From Heterodontus francisci (lineage: Eukaryota), in contig NC_090414.1 of the NCBI RefSeq assembly GCF_036365525.1, positions 19,615,846 through 19,679,845 of the forward strand: a DNA stretch of 64,000 bases, given 5' to 3'. The notes below the pieces were generated by a model. It was not told the DNA's origin, ran no database searches, and saw only the letters and a list, made by a program, of their open reading frames with translations. Shown here in pieces: positions 63,807 through 64,000 of the stretch; position 1 is the first letter of the stretch, and each line of letters begins with the position of its first letter. The translations under genes and the position numbers were made by a program.

Positions 63807-63958
63807 GGCAGAGCGATCTGGAAGGTGCAGTGGGATACTCCATACCCGACTTGGCTGATCTCCCAGACGACGAGAAAGGCTTGCTTAGCGAGCCGGACGC
63901 CGCAGAACTGCGCCGACGGCGGCTGCGGAAACTCGACTTGCCCAGTGCCCAACACTGA
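63807..63958 (+). CDS. SYVN1: HRD1 last coding exon (...EPDAAELRRRRLRKLDLPSAQH*)
   Basis: ttgcag|GG; conserved EPDAAELRRRRL C-terminus; TGA at 63956-63958. Confidence 0.96.
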
Positions 63959-64000
63959 CCACTTGGATCGGACTACGCGGCTTAATGCCGGTCAGAGGCG

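Overview
Vertebrate genomic DNA, most likely a shark or other elasmobranch (inferred from HE1-type SINEs, SacSINE1/DeuSINE-type SINEs, abundant CR1 LINEs and a 70-bp tandem repeat). Two spliced protein-coding genes could be assembled by hand. One is a Speedy/RINGO CDK activator, probably the SPDYC orthologue, on the minus strand (6 coding exons, 29797->15592, 293 aa). The other is SYVN1/HRD1, the ERAD E3 ligase, on the plus strand (15 coding exons, 36218->63958, 623 aa). They sit head-to-head around a CpG island of about 1.4 kb. The island holds a perfect ERSE, a UPRE, about 10 CCAAT boxes (three from a 23-bp triplication), an RFX X-box, and ETS and YY1 sites. The rest is a 34-bp satellite with higher-order structure (1-3443), nested CR1, L2, SINE, Penelope-like and LTR-like remnants, and minisatellites. 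I found no clearly new biological system. The best leads are: the shared UPR/germ-line bidirectional promoter; inverted 70-bp arrays flanking a 49-nt SYVN1 exon; a candidate SYVN1 poison exon; CPE/Pumilio-like elements in the Speedy 3'UTR; and unexplained duplicated and coding-like sequence downstream of Speedy. Protein comparisons are from memory of family sequences, not database searches. Repeat boundaries are approximate.
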